64,000 nt of DNA from Candidatus Paceibacter sp. (GTDB lineage Bacteria > Patescibacteriota > Minisyncoccia > Phycocordibacterales > BOKC01). The notes beneath the pieces were generated by a model, which was not told where the DNA came from, ran no database searches, and saw only the letters and a program-made list of their open reading frames with translations. The translations under genes and the position numbers were made by a program. The stretch covers positions 3,038 to 67,037 of the forward strand of contig DYGD01000002.1 in NCBI GenBank assembly GCA_020724885.1, written 5' to 3'. Shown here in pieces: positions 9,933 to 20,852 of the stretch (within the stretch, counting starts at the first letter, position 1; each line of letters starts with the position of its first letter).

Positions 9933-11318
9933 CTAAGAATTATCTACTTCTCTTGTAATAATCTCCACCACCGTCGGTGCTTCTTTGCAGATTTTTTCAG
10001 CCAAGGAGCTGAAAACCGGAAACAGGTCGGAGGAATTGGTGGCACCAAAATAATATTCCGGGCTATGGGCAATCTCCCTCAAGAAATCTTCGTCAATCTG
10101 TTCTTGGCCAAGACCGACCACAAACATCACAGCGCCGACATCTTTAATTGCCAGAGAAATTTCCTTGGCAAGGTAAATCGGATAATCTGGCTGTCCAGTC
10201 ATTTTAGGGTGAGTCGGCACGCCATCGGTAAACAAAACAACCGCTTTTTCGTTTTGGCTTCGTTCAAGTTCAAAAAGAGCAAGCTCCAGACCTTCAGCAA
10301 TATTGGTTTCTTGAGTCCAGACCTCGTCAGGAGTTTCAGCTTTAACAGATATTTTATCCACAGCGTCCTTCGCGCTGGCCGGATCGCCAACCAAAGAAAT
10401 ATCAAGACTGGCTTCTGTCGCAAATGACACTAAACCCACCCTAACATTTGAAAAAAGCTTCTCCAAAAAGCCGAGAGCCGCCCTTTTGGCAGAATTGAGG
10501 GGTTCGGGATTATCAAGATCCCAGTTGTCAAAGACCATACTCCCCGACCTGTCAAAAACCAACATTAAATCAACCGGATTCTCGCATACAAACTCCTGAA
10601 CTTCAAACGGCCTAGGCCAGGTAAAGACAAAACTTTCTCTTGCTCCGGTCCGAAAATCATCAATAAAAGTTCTAGAAGCTCCGATGGCGTTTTTGTTGCC
10701 ATCAAAGACCAGAGCGGCGACCTCTAGCCGATCAATATTAAAAATAGAGACGTTTTCCAGTTGGACATCAAGCCGTGGCGCGCTATCTTCTGCAGTTAAA
10801 TTTTTCCTACCAACCATAATGTCCGGCTGAACACTTTCGTCTTTGTACCAAACAACTTCTTCCAAAAAGATAAAATCAGTCCTAGCAACTCTGCCGTCCG
10901 TCCGGATATTTGGCTCAAAGACAACCGCATTGCGACTATTTGGTATTGAAATTTCACCCCCAGCTTCAGACAAAACTGCGCCGAAAGAATCCAACAATCT
11001 AAACCGGTAAGAAACTTTTTCGGTTGAAGAATTAAAGTTTGGATTCTCCAGAAAAGCGACCGCGCTATAAATCCCCGGGGAAACCTCAAAGGCCCGACTC
11101 CAATGAACAATCGGCTCTCTCACCTCAAAAGGACAAAGTTGCAAACACTCTCCGCCACAGTCAATCCCCAGCTCGCCCTGATTTTGAATGCCGTCAAAAC
11201 AGGTTGGCTTCTGATAAGAAAAAATAAAATAGACGGAAAAAACTATAACAAAAAGCGCGGCAAAAATTACCGACAAATATGTTAATTTCCTTTTAACCGG
11301 CCATTCAAGCGGCTGCAT
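9933..11318 (-). CDS. Membrane-anchored protein with C-terminal von Willebrand A domain
   Basis: N-terminal TM helix, PTCFDGIQNQGELGIDCGG motif, and MIDAS DRSGS...T...TDG. Confidence 0.85.
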   Translation of the reverse strand: MQPLEWPVKRKLTYLSVIFAALFVIVFSVYFIFSYQKPTCFDGIQNQGELGIDCGGECLQLCPFEVREPIVHWSRAFEVSPGIYSAVAFLENPNFNSSTEKVSYRFRLLDSFGAVLSEAGGEISIPNSRNAVVFEPNIRTDGRVARTDFIFLEEVVWYKDESVQPDIMVGRKNLTAEDSAPRLDVQLENVSIFNIDRLEVAALVFDGNKNAIGASRTFIDDFRTGARESFVFTWPRPFEVQEFVCENPVDLMLVFDRSGSMVFDNWDLDNPEPLNSAKRAALGFLEKLFSNVRVGLVSFATEASLDISLVGDPASAKDAVDKISVKAETPDEVWTQETNIAEGLELALFELERSQNEKAVVLFTDGVPTHPKMTGQPDYPIYLAKEISLAIKDVGAVMFVVGLGQEQIDEDFLREIAHSPEYYFGATNSSDLFPVFSSLAEKICKEAPTVVEIITREVDNS

Positions 11319-11366
11319 ATAAAAAGAATTATATCAAAAAAAGTCTCGTCTGGGTCTTGAGCGCTT

Positions 11367-11477
11367 TGTGTTGGCGACTAGCTACTCTCCCCTTGCGAGT
11401 ACCATCGCCACTACTGTGCTTAACTTCCGAGTTCGGAATGGAATCGGGTGTACCCACAGCGTTTAATCACCAACACA
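11367..11477 (-). rRNA. rrf: 5S rRNA
   Basis: Minus strand CCCGATTCCATTCCGAACTCGGAAGTTAAGC...GGCGATGGTAC...GGGAGAGTAGC; follows the 23S. Confidence 0.92.
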
Positions 11478-11848
11478 AAAAACTCAAGATTCCAAGAACA
11501 AAAACAGGCAAAACTTTGATTGCATAAAAGAGAGCAAAACCTTGCGATTTTCAAATTTCCCGATGAGATTGATTTATTAGTACGCCTCGGCTCAACACAT
11601 TACTGTGCTTACACCTGGCGCCTATCAACGTGATCATCTCTCACGAATCTTAATGATTCCTAATCTTGGGGTGGGCTTCCCTCTTAGATGCTTTCAGAGG
11701 TTATCCCTTCCGAACTTAGCTACCCAGCGGTGCTCCTGGCGGAACAGCTGGTAGACCAGAGGTTCGTTCCTCGAGGTCCTCTCGTACTATCGAGAACTCC
11801 CCTCAAGAATCAACGCCTGCAGTAGATAGGAGACCAACCTGTCTCACG

Positions 11849-12166
11849 CAAAAGTAGCTCACTAGGCGCTAGGCTTTGGACCTTAGGATCTAGGAACACC
11901 GCCGTTACCGGCGGGATCGGACGATACACTCGCGGTCAATCCGCGGTTGGTTTGTCGTCTCTACAAGGATTTTACTCCTCTCGGTGTTGTCCTTCTAAGG
12001 ATTCCACCGATAACCCCAACTTGTCACTGAATTAGATTCAGTGCCGCCGTGATTTGATTGGTTTCTATCTCTATTCGTAGACGAAAAGTTCGATTACGTC
12101 GTTATGAGCGGATTCAGACGGTACTTATACCGATACTTGACAAAATCTATTTTTATCAGTATAACT
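11849..12166 (-). mobile_element. ORF-less group I intron at 23S site L2593
   Basis: Splits CAGACCGT|CGTGAGACAG; 5' exon ends in U and intron ends in G; core GTAGAGACGAC and GTATCGTCCG. Confidence 0.88.
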
Positions 12167-12255
12167 ACGGTCTGAACCCAGCTCGCGTACCTTTTTAATT
12201 GGCGAACAGCCAAACCCTTGGAAGCTTCTCCACCTCCAGGATAAGGTGAGCCGAC

Positions 12256-13189
12256 CACTTTCAATCCCCATGTTGCCATGGGAGCAGACTATACCTTTGC
12301 TTATATCCTAACTATAAGCACCAGCGTGTTATGGCAATGTTTTATCAAATTTAATTGAGGCATTTGCCATCTGTTCACTTAAGAACAAGTCGTTACGGGG
12401 CAATACAACCAATCTTGTATTCCATCGGATGGACGATGTATGGTTTTATAAGATTAATCATTTTGAGAGTTTCGGATTTATTTGCATACATCCGAAATCC
12501 TTTGTCACGATCCTTATGGTGAACCATTTGAATACCAAATTTTTTATAAATAGCATTTTCAAGAATTTTTATTTCCTCTAGCACAAAAGAATAAGTGCTG
12601 ATATCAATAATCCCTTTGTTAAAGGATCCGTCGTCCATAATCCATACTGCCATAGATTGAGGATTGAGATCGACTCCGATATCTTTTGGAATTATTTTCC
12701 TACCAACCCTATATCCATCCCCAACATAAAACCTATTGTAGATTTTTGTTAATAATGGATGTCTCACTGTCCTAAACCACCAAGATTTTCGATATTTACT
12801 TCCATTTTCATCATATCGATAACTTATCTTTGGTTCAGTTAGTACCAGGTCTTTCAATACAGAATACTTATACTCTGTATATTCTTTTTGAGCTAATCCC
12901 TGTTCTATTTTGAAGTTAGCATTTACTGCTCCCTTCCCCATTCTCATTGTTCCATCCCCAAGCAAACAACCCACTAAAAGTGAAAGTTGCTCGTCAGTCA
13001 GAAACATTTTTTCTTTAACGGGAATTAAATCCTTGTGCCAATATTTTGTTGCATAGCTTCCCACGGTGTTGACCATACTATAACGCGAATTATAACATGG
13101 CTTTCTCCGTTATGAGCTGATTTAATGTGCATGAAAAATCATACACACGAGAGAATTGTTCGTATTCTCCCCCTCGACATTCGGTATCT
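12256..13189 (-). mobile_element. Group I intron at 23S site L2504
   Basis: Splits GGCACCTCGAT|GTCGGCTC; U/G boundaries; core CGTAACGACT and GGTATAGTCT. Confidence 0.9.
12393..13076 (-). CDS. LAGLIDADG homing endonuclease (LAGLIDADG_2 type)
   Basis: LVGCLLGDG and AVWIMDDG motifs; inside the L2504 intron. Confidence 0.92.
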   Translation of the reverse strand: MVNTVGSYATKYWHKDLIPVKEKMFLTDEQLSLLVGCLLGDGTMRMGKGAVNANFKIEQGLAQKEYTEYKYSVLKDLVLTEPKISYRYDENGSKYRKSWWFRTVRHPLLTKIYNRFYVGDGYRVGRKIIPKDIGVDLNPQSMAVWIMDDGSFNKGIIDISTYSFVLEEIKILENAIYKKFGIQMVHHKDRDKGFRMYANKSETLKMINLIKPYIVHPMEYKIGCIAP

Positions 13190-13244
13190 ATCGAGGTGCC
13201 GAACTCCGCCGTCGATATGGACTCTTAGGCGGAACCAGCCTGTT

Positions 13245-14185
13245 CATTGTTTTAGCTGGTGAATAGACTATATCATCACCCCGCCTTGGCGGGGGACGGC
13301 GTATTAGTATAAATTCTTGTTCGATAGAAATTTATACTCCATTCACAAAAAGTGAATGAGTCGTTACGGGGTCAAAGAGGTGTTTGATTCTCCTAATTTG
13401 TATTGCATTGAAGGTATAACATATTCTCGAATTAGTTCGTGGAGCTTTTTTGTTTCGTTCACTCCAAAAAATAATGCGTAACCCTTCTCTTTTTTGTCGT
13501 AAATTTTTGGTTTTAGGTCAAAATTTTCGACTATTGCATTTTCTAACAATGAAGACTCTTTTTGGGATACTCTGCCGAGATAAATATAGCTAGATTTATC
13601 TCTCAAGTAGTAGTATCCGTCATCCATATACCAAACCGCCAAAGCCAATGGAGCAGTTAATAATTCGGAAATATTTTTCGGCACTTTCTTTTTGCCATCT
13701 TCGTAGAAAATATTTCTCCATTTGCCGATCTCTGGCGAAGCATTGGACTGCCATCGCCAATATCCGTATTGCTTTCTGGTAATCGGATGAATTCTTTCTA
13801 GATGAGACGGTTTTCCTTGGAAAAGGCGCGGGAATTGACTTCCCTTCCAGATTAAATAATCTTTCTGCTTTTCTCCCTGCTCAAATCTAATTCTCGCGTT
13901 TTGAGAACCAGTTTTTTGCAGAAACGCGTCTCCCAACACAGAACCTATTATTATAGATTCCTGCCTTTTGGTTAATTTCATTGTGTTTACATTTTATCAC
14001 CTCTCGACTTCCCACGGGATTGTGCACTCTAAAACTCTTTTGTAAGAGAGACCTGTGCGTTTCCCCCGTTATAAGCCGTTCTTATTCCTGCTCTTGTGGA
14101 TCAAGAAAACAGGAACGCAAGATTTAATCTCGCTTCTCCGCAGATTACTCTGCGGGAGGACAACAAACGCCTTATTTCAGGCGTC
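13245..14185 (-). mobile_element. Group I intron at 23S site L2449
   Basis: Splits CCGGGGAT|AACAGGCTG; U/G boundaries; core CGTAACGACT and GATATAGTCT. Confidence 0.9.
13364..13981 (-). CDS. LAGLIDADG homing endonuclease (LAGLIDADG_2 type)
   Basis: IIGSVLGDA and AVWYMDDG motifs; inside the L2449 intron. Confidence 0.92.
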   Translation of the reverse strand: MKLTKRQESIIIGSVLGDAFLQKTGSQNARIRFEQGEKQKDYLIWKGSQFPRLFQGKPSHLERIHPITRKQYGYWRWQSNASPEIGKWRNIFYEDGKKKVPKNISELLTAPLALAVWYMDDGYYYLRDKSSYIYLGRVSQKESSLLENAIVENFDLKPKIYDKKEKGYALFFGVNETKKLHELIREYVIPSMQYKLGESNTSLTP

Positions 14186-14363
14186 ATCCCCGGGGTAGCT
14201 TTTATCCGATAATCTTTGGCCGCATCTAAAGCGCGCCAGCGGTTCACTTAGCCCTGCTTTCGCATCTGCTTGAGACGTACCTCTCACAGTTAAGCCAGCT
14301 TATGCCTATACACTATCGGCACGGTTTCCATTCGCGCCTAGCTGACCTTAATGGACTCCTCCG

Positions 14364-14996
14364 TTACTTTTTAGGCAATGTGTTACCCAATTTATATTTC
14401 ATAGAAGGAAGAATGTGCGGCTTAATAAGTTCCTTGAACTTTTTGGCTGACTGAGATTGTATATACAATCTCCAATACTTCCCTTTTTGCTTATGAAGTG
14501 ATGTTTGAAGATCAAACTTATTCTTTAAGATACTCTGAATGCCTTCTAACTCATCTCTACCGTATCCAAGCGTGTGTATTACATATGTTTGATGTCGAGT
14601 AGATTTGAGCGAACCATCATCCATAAACCAGATCGCCAAGCTTAGAGGAGTAAACAACTTCTCAACCACTGTTGGAATAATTTTCTTACCTTCTTGATAA
14701 AAAATCCTTCCAAAACTTCTGAATGCTTCGTGAGAATATGTTCTCACTCCTACATACACCTTTCCATTTTTAACCTTTGTGTATGGTGTGCTTGGTATCC
14801 ATGATTTTAACTCTCGGTAAAGCCATACCAAATATTCATTTTGAGCACCACAGTGTTCAATCTTCAATCTATATGTCTCACCTTTATCCTGAGTCTCAAG
14901 ATGACCGTCTCCAAGTAAAGTGCCAACGATTATTTCTTGCTGGCGCTTCGTCAAGACTAAGCTCTTCTTGAGTTCGCGGATAGCTTTAGTATTCAT
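14364..14996 (-). CDS. LAGLIDADG homing endonuclease; stop codon lies in the 23S exon
   Basis: IVGTLLGDG and AIWFMDDG motifs; the last codons CCT AAA AAG TAA are exon sequence. Confidence 0.92.
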   Translation of the reverse strand: MNTKAIRELKKSLVLTKRQQEIIVGTLLGDGHLETQDKGETYRLKIEHCGAQNEYLVWLYRELKSWIPSTPYTKVKNGKVYVGVRTYSHEAFRSFGRIFYQEGKKIIPTVVEKLFTPLSLAIWFMDDGSLKSTRHQTYVIHTLGYGRDELEGIQSILKNKFDLQTSLHKQKGKYWRLYIQSQSAKKFKELIKPHILPSMKYKLGNTLPKK

Positions 14997-15365
14997 CGGG
15001 TTCTTGTTTTCACAAGACTCACTGTCGCCAGTGAGATCGGACTATATCTTCATCCTTAATTATAAAGGATGGTTGGTGTTTAGTCTCTACGGGTGTTTAT
15101 GTGCTGGATAGTGAGGGGGAGCGTTAACTGGTAACGCTCCCCCTAGTGAACCCGCCAACATGGTATTTGCCGTAGCATGGAGGACGGGATCCACTATTCA
15201 ACACACAAACTTCCCTCGGAATTGTCTCTTTACAGAGAGTTTTTCCGATATGACCAACTTTTTCCGCCCCGATTCACATCGGGGGGTCCCCCTAATTTGT
15301 TTTTTTCGGAGTCGGAGTAACTCCATGAGGCGCCTGATTTCAAGACACGAAAAATCATGTCCTGA
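14376..15365 (-). mobile_element. Group I intron at 23S site L2262
   Basis: Splits GGGGCGCTTTCCT|CCTAAAAAGTAACGG; U/G boundaries; core CGTAGAGACTAAAC and GAAGATATAGTCCG. Confidence 0.9.
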
Positions 15366-15694
15366 AGGAAAGCGCCCCACTTAAACTGCCCACCAGATAA
15401 TGTCCCTTGCCGTTTTTGCCGACGAGGTTAGAACATATCCTTTCACAGAGTGGTATTTCACTGGCGACTCCATGCCGACCGAAACCGGCACTTCAAAGTC
15501 TCCCACCTATGCTACGCAGTAAAAAAATAAGCTCAATATCAAGTTGCAGTAAAGCTCCCGGGGTCTTTTCGTCTAACTGCAGGTAACCGGCATCTTCACC
15601 GGTATTGTATTTTCACCGAGCAAGTCCCCGAGACAGTTGCCCACTCGTTACGCCATTCGTGCACGTCTCTAATTAAGAGACAAGGAATTACGCT

Positions 15695-15887
15695 CTTCTA
15701 TCCCTTTAACAGAAGGACCATGTCTTCATCTCTGCTTATTAAGCAGAGCGCACGGCGTATGGCCTCTCATATGAGCCGTGATTGGACTATTCTTGTGTCA
15801 CCACAAGAAAGGTAGCTTTCGCATAATTTATTTGTTTATCTCCATAACGATCCCAGTCCTTCTGATTCCCTTAAAAAGAGAATCAGA
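15695..15887 (-). mobile_element. Very short (193 nt) ORF-less group I intron at 23S site L1931
   Basis: Splits CCTAAGGT|AGCGTAATTCC; U/G boundaries; P7-like pair GAGGCCA/TGGTCC in the contexts AGAGGCCATACG and GAAGACATGGTCC. Confidence 0.8.
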
Positions 15888-16078
15888 ACCTTAGGATCGT
15901 TATAGTTACGACCGACATTCACCAGGGCTTATAACAATCACCAATACATCTTGCGACATATCAACGTCGTTACTTGACCTTCTGGCATTGGTCAGGCGTC
16001 ACCCCCTATACATCCTCTTGCGAGTTCGCAGGGAGCTGTGTTTTTGATAAACAGTCGGCAGGCATACTTTAGCTGCGG

Positions 16079-16221
16079 CCCCCGACACCAACTTTGGCAT
16101 CGTTGCATTGTGTGTTTTCGTAATTTTTGTCGCAATACTTCAGATTTTAAGTAAGAAATTATTACTTACTTTAATCTTTGGAGTTGCAACAAAAACACAA
16201 TGCCAAAGTTGGCGTCGGGGG
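16079..16221. repeat. Palindromic ~140-nt element occupying 23S helix 63
   Basis: Arms CCCCCGACACCAACTTTGGCAT / ATGCCAAAGTTGGCGTCGGGGG; similar to the intergenic copy at 18655-18791. Confidence 0.75.
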
Positions 16222-17501
16222 CAGGCCTTATTGCGAACTTACGGCCGCTTTTTTGCCGAGTTCCTTGGGGACCTCTCACTCGTTCGCCTTGGTCTTCTCG
16301 ACCTGACTACCTGTGTCGGTTTTGCGGTACGGTTTGAATCTGCTTAACCTTAGAAGTTTTTCTTGGAAGCGCGCTTTACAAAATTTGATCACCCGAAGGT
16401 TCACATTTTCGTTCTGCTTGGGTTTGTGCCTCCCGGATTTTCCTGGGAAACGCCCTCACAGCGCGAACATAAATCCAATAATATGCTTTGTATACTGCAC
16501 TCCGTCCCTCCATCGAAACAAATTCAAGTCACGGAATATTAACCGTGTGTCCATCACCTTCGGCTTTCGCCATCGGCTTAGGCCCGACTAACCCTTCCCT
16601 GATTATCATCGGGAAGGAAACCTTAGTCTTTCGGCGTCCCGGTTTCTCACCGGGATTGCGGTTACTTGTGCCAACATTCTTACTTCCACACGCTCCAGCA
16701 TGGGTTACCCCTTTGCCTTCAACGCAGAGTGGAATACTCTCCTACCACATGTCAATGCGAAGCACTGACACATCCTCAGTTTCGGTATCATGCTTGAGCC
16801 CCGATTATCTTTGGCGCAAAATCTCTGAATAAGTGAGCTGTTACGCTTTCTTTAAAGGATGGCTGCTTCTAAGCCAACCTCCTTATTGTCAGAGAAATCT
16901 TACAACCTTACGCGCACTTAGCATGAATTTAGGGACCTTAACTAGAGATCTGGGCTGTTTCCCTTTTGACCAATGGAGCTTAGCCCCCACAGTCTAACTG
17001 CCAGATTCTGGCTGCGAGTATTCGGAGTTTGATAGGTTTGACGAGGTTTCCCCCTATTCAAACCTTCCAGTGCTCTACCCCCCGCAGAAACATCTGACGC
17101 TAACCCTAAAGCTATTTCGGAGAGAACCAGCTATTACCAAGTTCGATTAGCTTTTCACTGCTTACCACAAGTCATCCGATGGAGTCGCACGACCAACCGG
17201 TTCGGGCCTCCGCACGCCTTTCGGCGCACTTCACCCTGCTCATGGCAAGATCACTTGGCTTCGGGTCTCATGTATACGACTATTATTTCGCGCTTTTAAC
17301 ACTCGGTTTCCCTGTGGCTCCACCCAGTCAAGGGCTTAGCCAGCCGCATACATAAACTCGTTGGCTCATTCTTCAATAGGCACGCCGTGATGGCTCCCCG
17401 CTTTTGAGTTGTAGAAAACTCTACTTCCCAAAAGTGGGGAGCCACTCCGACTCCTTGTAGGCATATGGTTTCAGGTCTATTTCACCGCCCTCACCGGGCT
17501 G

Positions 17502-17541
<40 letters not shown>

Positions 17542-18081
17542 TCTAACGATATTTAGCCTTACCGGTTAGTTCCGGCAGATTCACCCGAGCTATTGATGTC
17601 TCGAGTTACTCAAGAATAGCAACCAAGGAGTTTTTCTTGTTTTCGCCTACAGGGCTATCACCTCCTGGGGCTTCTCTTTCCAGAGAATTCGGCTAACAAA
17701 AAAATATTTTTTACTCCTCTGGCTAGGCCGTGTTGCTATCTTACAACCCCCCTCCCCAGTTTTGAATTATGGAAATTTCCATATCTCAAAACTGGGGAGG
17801 GGTTTGGGCTCTTTCCTTTTCGCTCGCCGCTACTAAGAAAATTCCTATTGGTCTCTTTTCCTCCGGGTACTGAAATGTTTTACTTCCCCGGGTTTGCATC
17901 TCGAACTGGTCGAGATTTCCGCCAAAAGCGGAAGGGTTTCCCCATTCGGACATCTCCGGATCAAAGGTTGCTAGGCACCTCCCCGAAGCATATCGCCGCC
18001 AAGCCGCGTCCTTCATCGCTCGTTAGAACCTAGGCATCCACCATACGCCCTTGAATTCCCATCAGGAAATTCAAAAACCGC

Positions 18082-18231
18082 TGTCAATGCGAAGCATTGA
18101 CCGCGGACACACGCAGACAGGACGCAGAAATACGCAGAAATCTAACTCGAAACCACATGGCTACGAATCAAGATTCTGCGACCTTCTGCGTTCGTTCTGC
18201 GATATTCTGCGGTCAGTGCTTCGCACTGACA
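18082..18231. repeat. Palindrome-bounded ACGCAGA/TTCTGCG repeat cluster in the 23S leader
   Basis: TGTCAATGCGAAGCATTGAC at one end and GTCAGTGCTTCGCACTGACA at the other; the same hairpin recurs inside 23S at ~16750-16770. Confidence 0.65.
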
Positions 18232-18625
18232 TTTTTGCTCTCTTTTATACAATCAATCTGCGCAAAGCGCAGATTTGCCTGTCCCGAAACCCTATCTTCC
18301 GAAAGAATTCCGGGATAATCTGTCTACAACAAATAAAGACCCCTCGACTACGCTCGGAGTAAACTCCTTAGTAATCAAAAGTTTTGTTGTGACAGGATTT
18401 TGTCTGCGATATCGGGCTATGCCCAACTCGCGGAACTTTTGTCAAACAACATTCCTTCATCCATTCTGGCTCTATCTTCCGGCCAAATTTCTGTTGTTTA
18501 ACAGAAATTTGGCCGAGAGACAAAAAAACCGCCTTTTAAGCGGATTTGACTATCACATAACGATAAAATCACCGTCTCCGCTTGAGTTTTGATATTAAAA
18601 AATTTATTAACATAACTTTATTCTA

Positions 18626-18653
18626 ATTATAGGAAACCGAAGAAAGAAGTCAA
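18626..18653 (-). promoter_or_regulatory. Promoter of the 23S-5S unit
   Basis: TTGACT-16nt-TATAAT. Confidence 0.75.
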
Positions 18654-18654
18654 G

Positions 18655-18791
18655 CCCCCGCACCTACTTTACCATCGTTGTGTTATGTTTTGAAAAATTT
18701 TTGTCGCACAACTTCAGAACAAGGTGAATAAATTTGTTCTGCTGGAATTCCCTAAATGCAACAAAACACAATGGCAAAGTAGGTGTGGAGG
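18655..18791. repeat. Intergenic copy of the ~140-nt palindromic element
   Basis: Shares CATCGTTG, AATTTTTGTCGCA, ACTTCAGA, TGCAACAAAA and CACAATG blocks with 16079-16221. Confidence 0.75.
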
Positions 18792-18854
18792 CAAGCCCTT
18801 TCCCAGAAGAAAGCCCGGGGTATTACCCCGGGCCTCTCTGCCGGATTTAAGATA

Positions 18855-19553
18855 CTAGTTCTTCTCGGAAATTTCTTCTCTCAACTTAGACAAAAAGTCT
18901 GAAGCCGAATTTTGACCGCCAAGACCAAATGCCAAACCAAGACCCAAAGCTAAAGCGATAATAACTCCAGTAAACAACATTTGAACGAAGTAAGCAGCGA
19001 TTCCAAGTTGTTCCAGAGCAATAAAGACAGCGAAAATCCAGATAGACCATTTAGTTACGCTCCCCAAGAAATTTGCCGCTTTAAGGTGCGCCGAGCGGGC
19101 AGAAGCAGAAACAATCTTTTGCATTACATCAGCAATTACAACAGCAACAAGAAGAATCAACACGGAAACGATAACTTGTGGCAAATAGAACAAAACAACA
19201 TCTTTCAAGAACTCGTTGACTTGGGTCAATCTCAATGTTTCAAAGGCGGCGACAAGAAAGACGATTATTACAAACCACTTCACTAAGCCACCAATAAAGC
19301 GACCAGAGTCAAGACGTACTCCACCCCTTTGTAGCCAACCCTCAAGGCCGGCCTTCCTTAACGCCTCATCAACCTTGAGTGATTTCATAACTTGATAAAC
19401 AACTCTCCCGAAGACGGCCCCCACGAGCCAGCCAACAATGATTATCAGTAAAGCGGTTATTAGCATCGGCAAAAAACCGATAACTCCCGCCCACATATTT
19501 TGGAACGACATTATTATAGTGTCGCTTCCAAAAAAATTTGTAGTTTCAATCAT
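18855..19553 (-). CDS. Membrane protein with MscS-like/CmpX TM-helix repeats
   Basis: Two FLP.LI.A.LI-type repeats and a GLAFGLGG ending. Confidence 0.8.
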   Translation of the reverse strand: MIETTNFFGSDTIIMSFQNMWAGVIGFLPMLITALLIIIVGWLVGAVFGRVVYQVMKSLKVDEALRKAGLEGWLQRGGVRLDSGRFIGGLVKWFVIIVFLVAAFETLRLTQVNEFLKDVVLFYLPQVIVSVLILLVAVVIADVMQKIVSASARSAHLKAANFLGSVTKWSIWIFAVFIALEQLGIAAYFVQMLFTGVIIALALGLGLAFGLGGQNSASDFLSKLREEISEKN

Positions 19554-19778
19554 ATTTATCGTTTTTTGGGCTAGATTTCTCTAAGAGAAAGAGCCCTTTT
19601 GGATAATTACTGCAATCGCCAGTGCAGTACTTTGGTTAATAACTAATAAAAACTTGCTCAATCATCAAATTATTGAGCCAAATTACTTCAGTGCAATTTT
19701 AACATTTTAAAAGAGGGTAATAGAAAAAGGTGTGGATAACTTCCCATCCTTGCCGAATCCTTTTCTAGTATGAGCACC

Positions 19779-20390
19779 CTATATCTCTACCTCAATCTTA
19801 TTAAGGACCTTTCTGTGCGGGTAATCAAGTACATCCCTGACCAATTTGTCACAAACGCCCAGTCGGTAAAGAAATTCGCTTGTCTCAAAAAAGCTGTATT
19901 TCAGCTCTTTCCCGACCACAGATTCAATTTCGGACATAATTGAGTTCACAACCGGCCTTTTCAGCTTGTCGCCGACAACCAGAACATCTAATCGGCTCTC
20001 CCAATCTTGTATAAAAACCCCAGACAAGATGACGAGTTTTATAATACCTGCCCGTTTGATCTTCTCTACAATCTCTTGATATTGAGTCGGCGGAATATGG
20101 ACCAGAAAATTCTGTAGTGGCTCCAGAAAAGGAAATTTATCGTTTAAAATCCAGCCCTGAATTCTCTTTTTCCTCGGTTTTTTTGCAACCAAAATTTCCC
20201 TAGTAAAATACTTTCTTCTTATCAAACCGACTCTTTCCAAATTAGAAATTTCAGACCTGATTTTCCCCGATTGGACCTTGGTTCTGGCCGTAATCTCCTT
20301 GGCATCAAAAACCGCTTGAGGGTTAAAAAGAAAAAGTCGCATCAATTTGACCTTTTGCGAACTCCCGAATATCTTTTCTAAGGTGTCCAT
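19779..20390 (-). CDS. Winged-HTH protein with nucleotidyltransferase-like C-terminal domain
   Basis: LEKIFGSSQKVKLMRLF N-terminus and SGVF...LDVLVVGD motif. Confidence 0.75.
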   Translation of the reverse strand: MDTLEKIFGSSQKVKLMRLFLFNPQAVFDAKEITARTKVQSGKIRSEISNLERVGLIRRKYFTREILVAKKPRKKRIQGWILNDKFPFLEPLQNFLVHIPPTQYQEIVEKIKRAGIIKLVILSGVFIQDWESRLDVLVVGDKLKRPVVNSIMSEIESVVGKELKYSFFETSEFLYRLGVCDKLVRDVLDYPHRKVLNKIEVEI

Positions 20391-20449
20391 CCTCTAATAT
20401 TACCATAATAAATTGCCTTCGTGGCTTTATAGAGGTAACATATGAATGA

Positions 20450-20770
20450 ATGACTAGTGAATATTTTAGAGAATTTCTGGCAGAAATCAACGGCCTAGAA
20501 CAGGTCTGGAAGAGCGACTCCGAAAATGCCAAATGGTCCGGCGGAGTCAGAATTTTTGTCAGCGTTTTGAAAAAAGATGGACGATACGAAATCAGGACCG
20601 GGACTGAAGACGAGGCCGAACTAGACAAGCAATTATCAGGCAAGGGGTTGGGTAGCTGGCAAGAGGTAGCTCCAACCATCCAAATTGCCGATAATGAAGA
20701 GAAAGCGGTTGAAATCGCCCAAAAAATGATTGAGGACAAGGATAACTGGCTCTCCGAAAATTACAATTAA
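20450..20770 (+). CDS. Hypothetical protein
   Basis: 106-aa ORF filling an intergenic gap, with GAGGT upstream. Confidence 0.6.
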   Translation: MTSEYFREFLAEINGLEQVWKSDSENAKWSGGVRIFVSVLKKDGRYEIRTGTEDEAELDKQLSGKGLGSWQEVAPTIQIADNEEKAVEIAQKMIEDKDNWLSENYN

Positions 20771-20852
20771 AATCCACCGAATAGGTGGATTTTAATACTG
20801 GCACAGAATTCCCCGATGCTCTGCATCGGGTTTCAGGCAGGGCTAAACTTTA

